A DNA stretch of 64,000 nt from an uncultured Carnobacteriaceae bacterium (GTDB lineage Bacteria > Bacillota > Bacilli > Lactobacillales > Carnobacteriaceae_A). The notes beneath the pieces were generated by a model. That model saw only the letters and a list, made by a program, of their open reading frames with translations. It did no database searches and had not been told where the DNA came from. The translations under genes and the position numbers were made by a program. Positions 48,710 to 58,951 of the stretch are shown here, piece after piece. The DNA is taken from the NCBI GenBank assembly GCA_964624875.1, contig CAZUZA010000001.1:50660-114659 (forward strand), written 5' to 3'. How positions within the stretch are numbered: position 1 is the stretch's first letter; each line of letters opens with the position of its first letter.

Positions 48710-49420
48710 TTAAAATAATCTTTTTCTAAAAACACCTACTGCAATACATACCATTAACGCAACTAAGTAGAATACGCCATACATAATTCTTTCTTGTATA
48801 CTATGGTTTTTAACATTCGGTGCGGAAAGTACATACATAATAAGGTAGCCTCCAATTAAGCCTCCAATATGTCCAGCATTATCAATCGCAGGACTTAAGA
48901 AGCCCCATATAATATTTATAGCCATTAAAACCATATAATTTCTTGACAAATGCTGAATACCTGACTGATAAGGATAGAACTTTGCCAAAACTAAGGTCGA
49001 TGCAAAAAAACCGAAGATAGCTGTACTTGCTCCTGCAGAAATCGATGCATTAAATGCAAAGCTCGCTGCATTCCCTAAAAGTGCACTAAATAAGAATAAC
49101 AAGAAATATCTAAAATGTCCTATGATGCTTTCCAATTGTGCGCCCAAATAATAGACGATTATTCCATTAAAAAGGATATGTGATAGACCAATATGTAAAA
49201 AAGCTGGTGTAATTAACCGCCACCACTGCCCAATCACAATAAGTTGATTTACTTTAGCTCCAAAAAGCATCAATACAAAAGGATTTTCACTTCCTCCGTT
49301 TATAGTCATTAATAGATACATAACGATCATAATAGCAAGAAGTATATAGGTTACAAAAGGTTTCTTTCGCCAATTGTATCGCCAGTTATTTATTTTATGT
49401 TTCATTCTAGTTTGATTCAT
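48710..49420 (-). CDS. Rhomboid intramembrane serine protease (GluP-like)
   Basis: WWRLITP.FLH, H..FN, GASTAIFG (catalytic Ser) and GHIGG (catalytic His) motifs. Confidence 0.95.
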   Translation of the reverse strand: MNQTRMKHKINNWRYNWRKKPFVTYILLAIMIVMYLLMTINGGSENPFVLMLFGAKVNQLIVIGQWWRLITPAFLHIGLSHILFNGIIVYYLGAQLESIIGHFRYFLLFLFSALLGNAASFAFNASISAGASTAIFGFFASTLVLAKFYPYQSGIQHLSRNYMVLMAINIIWGFLSPAIDNAGHIGGLIGGYLIMYVLSAPNVKNHSIQERIMYGVFYLVALMVCIAVGVFRKRLF

Positions 49421-49602
49421 TCGCTAAGTCCTTTCACAAAGAAAACATCAAATCAGTAGTAATTATATCATAATTTATACATAAAAATTGAATTTTTAAT
49501 AAAAAATACTAGAATAATTATGAAAGTCGTGTTATTCTATTAATCGCAATGTATTTACTAAATTGTAGATATGTAAACTTTTTCTGATTTGGAGGGAACA
49601 GC

Positions 49603-49755
49603 ATGCGCGTAAACATTACTTTAGAATGTACTGAATGTGGTGAACAAAACTACATTTCGACAAAAAACAGACAAACAAATGATCAACGTTTAGAAATGAT
49701 GAAATATTGTCCACGTGAACGTAAGCAAACTTTACACCGTGAAACTAAAAAATAA
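49603..49755 (+). CDS. rpmG: 50S ribosomal protein L33
   Basis: Not in the ORF track (50 aa). GGAGG RBS, then [50 protein letters not shown]. Confidence 0.98.
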   Translation: MRVNITLECTECGEQNYISTKNRQTNDQRLEMMKYCPRERKQTLHRETKK

Positions 49756-49759
49756 TCAT

Positions 49760-49794
49760 AAAAAAAGGTGAGATTGCAAAATCTCATCTTTTTT
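49760..49794. terminator. Bidirectional terminator between rpmG and the PBP gene
   Basis: AAAAAGGTGAGATT-loop-AATCTCATCTTTTT. Confidence 0.8.
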
Positions 49795-49804
49795 ATTTTG
49801 TCTA

Positions 49805-51892
49805 CTAATCGTTTGACTCTGCGTATTCCCCTACTTTAAAATAGGCATCGAATATTTGTCGTGACATCTCTATGTTAATCGTTCCAGGATATTCAACCGG
49901 TAAATAAGGAATAACAATTGCGATCGCAATCTCTGGATCATCATAAGGTGCATAACCGACAAACGTCTTGTTCGTTACGTCTTCCGTAATTCTTCCTAAA
50001 TTATCATCCCAAAACTGCGCCTCGGCATGACCTGTTTTAGCAGCTGCCACATATGGTGCGTCATTATACTCTCTAGGAGAGGGACCATAGTTACCATTTA
50101 CAACTTGGTAGAATCCTGTTTGCACACGACGCATTTCTTCAGGTGATGCATCCACATAATTCATAACTTTAGGTTCAATATCCGTTACCAGTTGTCCAAT
50201 TTCACCAGTTTCTGTTTCTGATGACCGAATTTGAGAAACTAAACGTGGAGCGAAACGTGTGCCTCCATTTGCAATTGTCGCTGAATATTGTGCCAATTGC
50301 ATCGGTGTATAGGTATCAAACTGTCCGAAAGTAAAGAACATTGCTTGAGCAGGATCTTGTGCAACGTTTGCCAAGCCCGTTTGTTCATTAGGTAAATCAA
50401 TACCTGTTAATGTACCTAAACCAAATTGTCTAAAGTATTTACGCATCGTCTCTGTCGTTGCTTGAGGCTGAATCGGAACAGACTGATTCGGACGATAATC
50501 CCAATACCCACCTATTCTCATTGCAATTTGTGCCATATAAACGTTTGAAGAATATTGTAATGAAGCAATATCATTCACTTGAACACGACCAAAACGGTTG
50601 AATACTGAAGAAATGTTTTGTGAGCCCGTAAAACTTAACGGGGCCTCCAATATTGTATTGTTATTTAATGTAATCGCGTCTGTCATATACCCAGTTAAAA
50701 CAGTCGCACCCTTTACAGATGATCCCATAACAAAAGCTTTTTGGATATTTCCCAGTGAGTCGTCAACAATTCGACCATCCCTTACTTCCTTACCAGACAT
50801 CCCTAATATATTTCCGTTTTTTGGATTAATTGCCACCGCATAAACTCTATCATTTAAACCAGTTCCTTTAGATAAAGTATCCAACACAATTTGATCAAGT
50901 CTTTCTTGAAATTCTAAATCAATTGTAAGGACTAAGTTATCACCTTGTTCTCCTGAATAGATGGTTTCTTGACTTAATATATCACCTTGATTGTCTGTTT
51001 CCGTTCGTGAACGTGATTTACTTCCACGTAAAATAGTTTCAAAACGTTCTTCCAGCTGACTCGTTCCGACGCGATCGTTACGAGAATAACCTTTTGCTAA
51101 AAGAGCATTTTCACTAGATTGTGGAATACCTTGCTCTTCTGAAGAGACACTTCCTAAAATACTCGCTAACGTTTCTTCTTGTGGATAGATGCGCTCCCAA
51201 TCCGTTCCAGTAGTAATACCAGGTAACTGCTTTGAATGTTCATTCACTTTTGCAATCTCTTCGTCCGTTACTTCCTGATTTTTTACCGTTACAGTTGTTA
51301 AGGCATAAGCAGCGTTCATTCTTGTAAAAATTGCCACAGCTTTAAGCTCTTTATCTGTAAACCGTAATAACTCTGCCTCACTAATTAATTCTAAAGAATC
51401 ATTATAAGAAAACTCATCAGCTTTTAGATCATTCTCTCTAATATGATCTCTAACTCGTTCTTCGATTTCTTCTATGTTTGTGGCATAATAATAATCTTTT
51501 AAGTCACGCATACTTAGATCGCTACGCTCTTCTTCAAATGGCGTTGAATGTGGAATTTCAATCAAAGTAGCAAGGTTGTATGCTACATCTGCCATGCTTT
51601 CTACTTGAGTATTAGATCCTCTTGTATATCGAATTATACTACTGGCTTCATTACTAACTAATGGCCGTAATTTCGCATCATAGATGCCTCCTCGAGGAAC
51701 ATTGCCTCGTACAACTGTACTTTCCGTTCGCTCTACTTCCGCTTGAAACTCTTCTCCTTTAATTATTTGTAAGTAACCTGTACGAATGATTAAAGCTACA
51801 AATAATAAGAAGACAATAAAGAATAATAAGTTTAAACGAAAAGGAATATGTGATTTTGTTTGTTCTTTTCTACTATTTTTTTGACCAGTCAT
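49805..51892 (-). CDS. Class B penicillin-binding protein (PbpA/PBP2b-like transpeptidase)
   Basis: FRLN.LF TM anchor, PRG.IYD; motifs S-S-V-K, S-S-N and K-T-G; GIDLP.E and GQFDTYTP.QL. Confidence 0.95.
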   Translation of the reverse strand: MTGQKNSRKEQTKSHIPFRLNLLFFIVFLLFVALIIRTGYLQIIKGEEFQAEVERTESTVVRGNVPRGGIYDAKLRPLVSNEASSIIRYTRGSNTQVESMADVAYNLATLIEIPHSTPFEEERSDLSMRDLKDYYYATNIEEIEERVRDHIRENDLKADEFSYNDSLELISEAELLRFTDKELKAVAIFTRMNAAYALTTVTVKNQEVTDEEIAKVNEHSKQLPGITTGTDWERIYPQEETLASILGSVSSEEQGIPQSSENALLAKGYSRNDRVGTSQLEERFETILRGSKSRSRTETDNQGDILSQETIYSGEQGDNLVLTIDLEFQERLDQIVLDTLSKGTGLNDRVYAVAINPKNGNILGMSGKEVRDGRIVDDSLGNIQKAFVMGSSVKGATVLTGYMTDAITLNNNTILEAPLSFTGSQNISSVFNRFGRVQVNDIASLQYSSNVYMAQIAMRIGGYWDYRPNQSVPIQPQATTETMRKYFRQFGLGTLTGIDLPNEQTGLANVAQDPAQAMFFTFGQFDTYTPMQLAQYSATIANGGTRFAPRLVSQIRSSETETGEIGQLVTDIEPKVMNYVDASPEEMRRVQTGFYQVVNGNYGPSPREYNDAPYVAAAKTGHAEAQFWDDNLGRITEDVTNKTFVGYAPYDDPEIAIAIVIPYLPVEYPGTINIEMSRQIFDAYFKVGEYAESND

Positions 51893-52159
51893 CTTTTTAC
51901 CTCTTTTTTTATTTCGAGATTCTAAATTAATCTATATGGTAGTTTAACAAATTTAATCTCCTAATGCATTATAATTCCTTAATAATTCAAGATGTTTTCA
52001 ATCTTTATTAACATGACTATATTTAATTCAATCATTAATGAGGGGGTTTAATAGCTTTAAAACATTCGATTCTTTTCGCAAATAGTAATTGACGGTTTAT
52101 ACATATATTGATATACCACTTGTGAATTAACGAGCATAAAAATGGATACGGAGGGAAAT

Positions 52160-52911
52160 ATGATGAAGTTACAAGACAAAGTTGCAATTATTACAGGTGG
52201 GGCTGTGGAGTTGGTAAAGGTATCGCTCTAGCTATGGCAAAAGAAAGTGCAAAAGTTGTCATTGTAGATGTCAACGAAGATGCAGGAAACGAGACCATAG
52301 CAGAATTAAAAAAACACTCAGACGCACACTTAATTATTAGTGACATTTCCAAAAGAGAAAACTTAACAAAAATTGTTGAAGAAACAATTAAAACTTTTGG
52401 TGGAATAAATATCCTTGTAAATAACGCGCATGTATCAAAACAGAAACCATTTATAGATACTAAACAAGAAGATTTAGATTTATCTTTCAATACGAGCTTT
52501 TACCCTACTTTTTTCTTAATGCAAGAAGTTTATCCTGAATTAAAAAAATCTAAAGGAAAAGTCATTAACTTTGCATCTGGCGCTGGTATAAGTGGTCAAC
52601 CGACACAATCTGCTTATGCCGCTGCTAAAGAAGCAATCCGTGGATTAACACGTGTCGTTGCGAATGAATGGGGCCCAGACGGTATTAACGTTAATATTAT
52701 TTCGCCATTAGCAATGACACCAGGTATCGAGCAATGGAGTCAAAATGACCCTACTCAATACAATCAAATGCTTCAATCTATTCCATTACGCTACATCGGG
52801 GATCCTGAAGAAGATATTGGGAAAGTAGCCGTTTTCTTAGCAAGTGATGATTCGAAATATATCACGGGTCAAACATTTATGGTGGATGGCGGAACAACAA
52901 AAGTTTATTAA
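52160..52911 (+). pseudogene. Short-chain dehydrogenase/reductase with a single-base frameshift in the TGxxxGxG motif (pseudogene or sequencing error)
   Basis: GGAGG RBS, then MMKLQDKVAIITGGA in one frame, which stops at TAG 52229-52231. GVGKGIALAMAKE continues in the -1 frame into ORF 52234-52911, which has VNNA, YAAAK and YITGQT..VDGG. Confidence 0.85.
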
Positions 52912-52918
52912 AAAAATG

Positions 52919-52968
52919 AAAAACTCCCTAACGACAGGAATCTTTCCGTATCGTTAAGGAGTTTTTTT
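52919..52968. terminator. Bidirectional terminator between the SDR gene and sodA
   Basis: AAAAACTCCCTAACGA...TCGTTAAGGAGTTTTT. Confidence 0.82.
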
Positions 52969-52973
52969 AGTAC

Positions 52974-53582
52974 TTATTTTGCTTCTTCATATCTTCTTGC
53001 TACTTCTTCCCAGTTTACTACTTTCCAGAATGCATCTAGATAGTCAGCACGTAGGTTTTTGTAGTTTAGGTAGTAAGCATGTTCCCAAACGTCTACACCT
53101 AAAATGGGTGTTTTACCGTCTGTTAATGGTGAGTCTTGGTTTGGTGTATTCGTAACTTCTAATTCACCATTGTTTACAACTAACCATGCCCAACCTGATC
53201 CAAATTGACCAGTTCCAGCAGTCTTAACTTTAGATTTTAATTCATCTAAACTACCGAAAGTTTCGTTAATCGCATCTGCAAGTGCACCAGTTGGCTCGTC
53301 ACCGCCGTTAGGAGACATTACTTCCCAAAATAAAGAGTGGTTAGCGTGTCCACCACCATTATTACGTACAGCTGTACGAATATCTTCTGGAACTTCATCT
53401 AGTTTTGCAACTAATTCTTCAATTGATAACTTTTGTAAATCTTCGTGTCCTTCAAGCGCAGCATTTACGCCGTCTACGTAACTATTATGGTGTTTACCGT
53501 GGTGTAATTTCATTGTTTCTTCGTCAATATGTGGCTCTAATGCGTCGTGTGCATAAGGTAAGTCTGGTAATTTATAAGTCAT
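52974..53582 (-). CDS. sodA: Superoxide dismutase, Mn type
   Basis: [35 protein letters not shown] and DVWEHAYY motifs. Confidence 0.98.
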   Translation of the reverse strand: MTYKLPDLPYAHDALEPHIDEETMKLHHGKHHNSYVDGVNAALEGHEDLQKLSIEELVAKLDEVPEDIRTAVRNNGGGHANHSLFWEVMSPNGGDEPTGALADAINETFGSLDELKSKVKTAGTGQFGSGWAWLVVNNGELEVTNTPNQDSPLTDGKTPILGVDVWEHAYYLNYKNLRADYLDAFWKVVNWEEVARRYEEAK

Positions 53583-53687
53583 GAATAAGATTCCTCCTTG
53601 TGTGTTTTCTTTATTGCTTATTCAATATTACTCTATCATATCAAAAAGCTAAGGTAAAACTTTTTGATTTAAGAAGCAACTTCTATA

Positions 53688-54209
53688 TTAATTGCGATTC
53701 CATGGTTCAGTCAGTGTTAAATGACTTTGCATTTCTTTATCCATTTGTCGCTGAACCATTCGTTCTTTCCTCCGCCCTTCATAACCCGAACAGATAAACT
53801 TTTCTTCATCTGATTCAGGAACGATCTGAGGCATAACAAATGTCTCTCTATCCTCGGGCAAGACAACAAATGTTAAAAAGGATGTTGCTGCGATATAACG
53901 TTCACCTGTCAATAAATCTTCACCTATAATTTTCGCAAAAACTTCGACACTTGTATTTCCTACACCAGATACAAAACTTTCAATACAGACTGAATTATCC
54001 TCTGGCAACGGTCGCAAGAAATTCATATTATCAATCGATGCGGTCATGCTTAACGTATTCGTCAATCTTGTTTGTGAAATAGACGCCGCATTATCTAACC
54101 AATGCAATAATTGCCCACCAAATAAATTCCCAAATGTATTGGTGTGAAACGGCATAATTCGATGTGTTTGAATCGCGATTGTATCTCGACACTTTAAAAC
54201 CCTGCTCAT
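53688..54209 (-). CDS. Acyl-CoA thioesterase (hotdog fold, YkhA/YciA-like)
   Basis: P.HTN..GNLFGG.LL.W.D, TASID and G.TSVEV motifs. Confidence 0.9.
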   Translation of the reverse strand: MSRVLKCRDTIAIQTHRIMPFHTNTFGNLFGGQLLHWLDNAASISQTRLTNTLSMTASIDNMNFLRPLPEDNSVCIESFVSGVGNTSVEVFAKIIGEDLLTGERYIAATSFLTFVVLPEDRETFVMPQIVPESDEEKFICSGYEGRRKERMVQRQMDKEMQSHLTLTEPWNRN

Positions 54210-54233
54210 CGTATAATCCTTTCTAAATAGCAG

Positions 54234-54830
54234 TTATCTAGATCCAGTATTTCTTCTCAAAACAAATTTTCTTAGTGGAATAGCTACAATTGGTAATATA
54301 ACCATACTTGCGACCATTTCAATGATCCCATTAGAAGCAATAACGGCTCCTAAAGCGCCCATTAATGCTGAGAATGGAATACCTAAGGCAGCTGCGTATG
54401 TTTCCCCTGCGAGGAAATAAATGCCTCCTAGAACTAGAATTGTGTTCATGGCTGTACCAATTAAAGCAGTCACAGAATAAATCCAGCGATTTGAAGTACG
54501 TTTGATCAGCGCCTCAAAAACTAAACCACTCACCCACCCAACTAATAAACGTGGTAAAACTGAAATTAATGGATTTAAAAAGACGACGTTAAATGGTGTG
54601 GGTTGAATATAAGCACGAATCATACTTAATAAGCCCCAGACAGCACCAACTGTTAAACCTGTTTTACTACCAAATAAAACAGCGGATAAAATAACAGTTA
54701 TATGTACAATCGTTACATCTAATGGCCCTAATGGTATATACCCTAACACGGGTACGAATGTTTGAATAATTAAAATTGCCACAATCATCGCGATGATTGT
54801 CATTTGGAAAACATCTTTATTTTTCTTCAT
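54234..54830 (-). CDS. ECF transporter S component (pantothenate PanT-like)
   Basis: PVLGYIP.GP..VTIVH, NPLISVLPR, GT..NT..VL and NG..E motifs; six TM segments. Confidence 0.8.
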   Translation of the reverse strand: MKKNKDVFQMTIIAMIVAILIIQTFVPVLGYIPLGPLDVTIVHITVILSAVLFGSKTGLTVGAVWGLLSMIRAYIQPTPFNVVFLNPLISVLPRLLVGWVSGLVFEALIKRTSNRWIYSVTALIGTAMNTILVLGGIYFLAGETYAAALGIPFSALMGALGAVIASNGIIEMVASMVILPIVAIPLRKFVLRRNTGSR

Positions 54831-55023
54831 CTTTGCACCTACTTTTTATACTCTAAGTTTATTATATCACCAAAAAGAGATTTTCCATTTTAAAATATAT
54901 CAATTAGGCATATTTTTTTCTTATTATCTTCATATACAAAAGTTATAATTAATCTAAATAACATTTACATTTGGTTATGAATTCGCTAAACTGACTTAAG
55001 TTGAATGATTAAGGAGTTATTAA

Positions 55024-55803
55024 ATGCACACATATATGAATACCGTTATTAAAAATCCGAAAGAAATTTATACTGGAAGAAACATGAAAAACAAACATTA
55101 TTTTTCCATTATCTTTATGGTAACAGCTTTTATAACAATTTTATCCATTATAGGCTTTATTCCAGCTGCTCAATCTGTTCAAGAGGATTTTGAGGAAATT
55201 AGAAACTCAATCCCCGAATTCCAACTCGAAAACGATCAACTTTCTAGTGAAGGCAGTAGTTACGTATATCAAACAGATAGCTTGCTCTTTTATTTTGATG
55301 CTGAAGACAATATAGATACTGAATTAATTGATGATAATATGGATTCTCAAACAGTACCGGTTTCAGTTGGCGTTTTAAAAGATGGCCTTTATGCCAATCT
55401 CTTAGGGCGTGGTTATTCTCTGGCATATTCTGATATAGAAAACTTTACCGCAGCTGATCTTGATGATTTGTTTCTTCGTATTTCAGATGTATCCATCGTA
55501 ACACTGTTACTTGTCGGTTTATTTATGTTCTTATTTCAGTTCTTTTCATTTTTTTACCAGCTCTTTGTCATCTCTTTAGTTGCAAATATCATGGTACTAT
55601 TTAGCGGACTAAGGTTAAGATTACTACAAACAATGAAGATGACGCTACTTGCAAATATTATCCCGATGGTTCTTGCAACAGTCGTATCTGCTTTTGTTTT
55701 TCCAGTATATTATCAATTTGAAATTGTCATGATTATGACGCTTATTATATTCTATATTAGTTTGAATGAAATGAAAAAACGAATCAAAACAAATAATGCA
55801 TAA
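55024..55803 (+). CDS. DUF1189-like membrane protein
   Basis: N-terminal TM, IPEFQLEN..L soluble loop, several C-terminal TM segments. Confidence 0.7.
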   Translation: MHTYMNTVIKNPKEIYTGRNMKNKHYFSIIFMVTAFITILSIIGFIPAAQSVQEDFEEIRNSIPEFQLENDQLSSEGSSYVYQTDSLLFYFDAEDNIDTELIDDNMDSQTVPVSVGVLKDGLYANLLGRGYSLAYSDIENFTAADLDDLFLRISDVSIVTLLLVGLFMFLFQFFSFFYQLFVISLVANIMVLFSGLRLRLLQTMKMTLLANIIPMVLATVVSAFVFPVYYQFEIVMIMTLIIFYISLNEMKKRIKTNNA

Positions 55804-55850
55804 TAAAAAAGCACAACTCTTATTTTTACAAATTTGAGTTGTGCTTTTTT
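55804..55850. terminator. Bidirectional terminator
   Basis: AAAAAAGCACAACTC...GAGTTGTGCTTTTTT. Confidence 0.85.
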
Positions 55851-55860
55851 CTATTTAATA

Positions 55861-57192
55861 TTATTTTCTTCTGTTTTTCTTTTCTCGTCTTTGCTCTTGT
55901 CGTTTTTGTTCCGCATTTTTTTGTTTTCGTAATGTACGAAGTTTTCTCTTATAACCTGGCTTCACATTTTTCTTCGACTTATGAGCTAATCCTTCAATCT
56001 CAGAATCATAATCTAGTTTTTGATTCGGTCTTCTTCGAGCTGCTCTACGAGTAGGTGCTTTAACAATTTCACCATTCTTTATCATCTTCTCTTTGAACTT
56101 CACACCTGTGTTTTCGATTGTTTGAATATCGTCTTCTTCACCTGGAGAATACAATGTAATCGCAATTCCAGATAAATTATTACGACCTGTACGACCAACA
56201 CGGTGTACAAAGTAAGATAAATCTTGAGGTAATTCTGTATTTATAACATGTGAAACACCTTCAATATCAATTCCACGAGCAGCTAAATCAGTTGCTACGA
56301 TATATTGATATTCTAAGTTTCGAATGTTACGCATTTCTCTTCTACGTTCACGAGAATCTAAACCACCATGAATTGTTCCAACGTTTAACCCTTTGTCCGA
56401 TAATCTTTTTGCTAGTTCTTCAACTTTATCTTGAGTATTCGCAAATATTAAAACTAAATACGGACTACCGATTGTTAAAATTTCATATATCACATCGAAA
56501 CGATCCTTACTTTTGGTTGAAATTAACCAGTTATCAATTAAATCAGAAATAACTTCTTTGTTTTCAATTTCAATCATAATTGGACCATTCATATATTTTT
56601 GTAAAAATGGTTGTAATTTTTGAGGAATCGTCGCAGAGAATACTAAGAACTGACTACTTTGTGGAATTGTACCAGCTATTCTATCCACTTCTTCGATAAA
56701 TCCTAAATCTAATGTCATATCTGCTTCGTCAACAACCATTGCAAATGCAGTATGTGCTTTTAAGTCATTTGAAACGATTAGATCGTGTAATCTTCCTGGT
56801 GTTCCAATAACAACGTCTGGTTGTGAAGTTTGTAAAGCTTCCATTTGTTTGTTTTTATCTGTTCCACCTATATAACGTGCCACTTGGATTTCCCAAGGCG
56901 CATGGCTTGCTAACTGCAGTGCTGCTTGATAGATTTGTTCTGCTAACTCGCGACTTGGTGCTGTAATAACAATTTGTACTTGATTAACATTTTCTTTTAA
57001 TTGGTTAAAAAGAGGTATTAAGAATGCGTGAGTCTTTCCTGAGCCTGTCTTTGATTGTCCTATAATGTCTCGGCCAGATTGAATCTGTGTAATAACTTCT
57101 TTTTGAATATCTGTTGGTTCCTTAAAGTGTAATTCTTCCAGTGCATCTAATAAATATGGTTCTAAATTAAATTGTTTAAAACTATTCGTCAT
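55861..57192 (-). CDS. cshB: DEAD-box RNA helicase CshB
   Basis: PT.IQ, SKTGSGKT, PSRELA, GTPGR, DEAD, SAT, ARGID, HRVGRTGR motifs and C-terminal KVKPGYK-like basic tail. Confidence 0.93.
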   Translation of the reverse strand: MTNSFKQFNLEPYLLDALEELHFKEPTDIQKEVITQIQSGRDIIGQSKTGSGKTHAFLIPLFNQLKENVNQVQIVITAPSRELAEQIYQAALQLASHAPWEIQVARYIGGTDKNKQMEALQTSQPDVVIGTPGRLHDLIVSNDLKAHTAFAMVVDEADMTLDLGFIEEVDRIAGTIPQSSQFLVFSATIPQKLQPFLQKYMNGPIMIEIENKEVISDLIDNWLISTKSKDRFDVIYEILTIGSPYLVLIFANTQDKVEELAKRLSDKGLNVGTIHGGLDSRERRREMRNIRNLEYQYIVATDLAARGIDIEGVSHVINTELPQDLSYFVHRVGRTGRNNLSGIAITLYSPGEEDDIQTIENTGVKFKEKMIKNGEIVKAPTRRAARRRPNQKLDYDSEIEGLAHKSKKNVKPGYKRKLRTLRKQKNAEQKRQEQRREKKNRRK

Positions 57193-57350
57193 ATGGTACT
57201 TCTCCCCTATCTGAATCTCGAGCCTTATTCTACCAAAGTCTAGAGCTTATCGCTAGTTAATTATTTTAGAATATCACTAAGAAAAGTTGATTCAGGTGTA
57301 AATAAAACGTAAAATGAGCTTATGTCATTTTAGAAAAGGAGATAGTCATT

Positions 57351-58796
57351 ATGTCTCGTAACCAAAAAGCTTTATTTATTATTTTCGGTGGTACAGGTGA
57401 TTTAGCTTATCGTAAATTGTATCCCGCACTATATAGACTCTATTCAAAAGGCTATTTAAACGAAAATTTTGCAGTAATCGGAACAGCCAGAAGAGAATGG
57501 AGCGATGATTACTATCAGCAAGTTGTTTATAAATCAATAGAAGATATTCAAACTTCTGAAGAAAATGCCAAAGATTTTGCTAGTCATTTTCGCTATCAAT
57601 CACATAATGTCAAAGATACAGAAAATTACCGTACACTTTTAACGCTGGCTAATAAGCTAGATGAAGAGTATAACCTTGAAGGCAATCGTGTGTTTTACTT
57701 GTCGATGTCTCCTAGCTTCTTCGGTACAATCACTTCTCATTTACGTAAAGAAAATCTAGTTACTGAAAATGGTTTTAATCGTGTGATTATTGAAAAACCT
57801 TTCGGAACAAACTTACACGATTCAAACGCACTAAACGATGAAATTTTAGAATCCTTTAACGAAGAGCAAATTTATCGTATTGATCACTATCTTGGTAAGG
57901 ACATGGTCGAAGCTTTAATTCCTTTACGTTTTGGAAATCCATTATTAAAAAACATTTGGAATAAAGATTTTATCTCAAACATGCAAGTAACACTCGCGGA
58001 AGATATCGGTGTTGAAGAACGCGGATCATACTATGAGCAAAGTGGCGCTTCACGCGACATGGTTCAAAACCACGTCTTGCAAATTGTTAGTCTACTCTTT
58101 ATGAATGAACCTGAATCAAATGATTCGACTGATATTATTAAAGCAAAAGTTCAAGCATTGAAGAGCTTACAACTTGTTACAAATGAAAACGTCCGAGAAA
58201 AATTTGTCCGTGGACAATATACAACCACTCCAGACGATAGGGATCTTTTAGATTACCGTTCTGAACACGAAGTCAGTCCGGAATCCGTTGTCGAAACTTT
58301 TGTTGCTGGTAAAGTTGAATCGAATGATGAGAATTGGAAAGGTATTCCGATCTATATTCGTACAGGTAAACGTATGGAAGATAAAGTCACACGAATTGAT
58401 ATCGTCTTTAAACATTCGGATGATTTAATCTTTGCTAATAGTCATATAGCTGAAAATATTTTGACGATACACATCGGACCAAAAGAAGGTATTTCATTCC
58501 AGCTAAATAACAAACAAGTCGGTTTAGGCTCTCTGTTAAAACCTATTTCTTTAGCTTACGAAATAGAAGATCAATCTGCTGAAGACTATGAAAAACTTAT
58601 TTTAAATGCGCTACAGCAGAATAAAGCAAGTTTCGTGCATTCTGATGAAGTTGCAGCTTCTTGGAAGTATATTGATGCTATCCGCGACGCATGGGAAGTA
58701 GACTCAAGTGATTTAAAGCTATACCCTGCAAACACAAATGGTCCAAAAGAAGCTTCGGATCTATTAGAAAAAGATGGTAATTATTGGATTTGGTAA
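57351..58796 (+). CDS. zwf: Glucose-6-phosphate 1-dehydrogenase
   Basis: FGGTGDLA.RKL.PAL, EKPFG, RIDHYLGK, DMVQNH and RTGKR motifs. Confidence 0.98.
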   Translation: MSRNQKALFIIFGGTGDLAYRKLYPALYRLYSKGYLNENFAVIGTARREWSDDYYQQVVYKSIEDIQTSEENAKDFASHFRYQSHNVKDTENYRTLLTLANKLDEEYNLEGNRVFYLSMSPSFFGTITSHLRKENLVTENGFNRVIIEKPFGTNLHDSNALNDEILESFNEEQIYRIDHYLGKDMVEALIPLRFGNPLLKNIWNKDFISNMQVTLAEDIGVEERGSYYEQSGASRDMVQNHVLQIVSLLFMNEPESNDSTDIIKAKVQALKSLQLVTNENVREKFVRGQYTTTPDDRDLLDYRSEHEVSPESVVETFVAGKVESNDENWKGIPIYIRTGKRMEDKVTRIDIVFKHSDDLIFANSHIAENILTIHIGPKEGISFQLNNKQVGLGSLLKPISLAYEIEDQSAEDYEKLILNALQQNKASFVHSDEVAASWKYIDAIRDAWEVDSSDLKLYPANTNGPKEASDLLEKDGNYWIW

Positions 58797-58803
58797 ATTA
58801 TAC

Positions 58804-58842
58804 TAAGGGCAAGGTGGATATCCTCCACCTGCCCTTAATTTT
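58804..58842 (+). terminator. zwf intrinsic terminator
   Basis: TAAGGGCA(A)GGTGGA-loop-TCCACCTGCCCTTA followed by a T-tract. Confidence 0.8.
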
Positions 58843-58858
58843 TGGAGTATAAGTCGAT

Positions 58859-58887
58859 TTGCTCTATGACAATGAATTTGATATAAT
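58859..58887 (+). promoter_or_regulatory. SigA-type promoter of argS (extended -10)
   Basis: TTGCTC-N17-TATAAT with TGn immediately before the -10. Confidence 0.7.
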
Positions 58888-58951
58888 TGCATGACGATTT
58901 TTTATACATATGTATAATTTATAATGAAATATTCTATGAGGAGGTATTGAG

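Noticed and set aside
49541-49561. Zur-box-like TAATCGCAAT upstream of rpmG
   Set aside because: Only one degenerate half-site, and this L33 retains Zn-ribbon cysteines, unlike Zur-controlled paralogs.
58888-58951. T-box or ARG boxes upstream of argS
   Set aside because: The leader is only about 60 nt and lacks GGTGGNACC; ARG-box-like matches are half-sites only, in AT-rich DNA.
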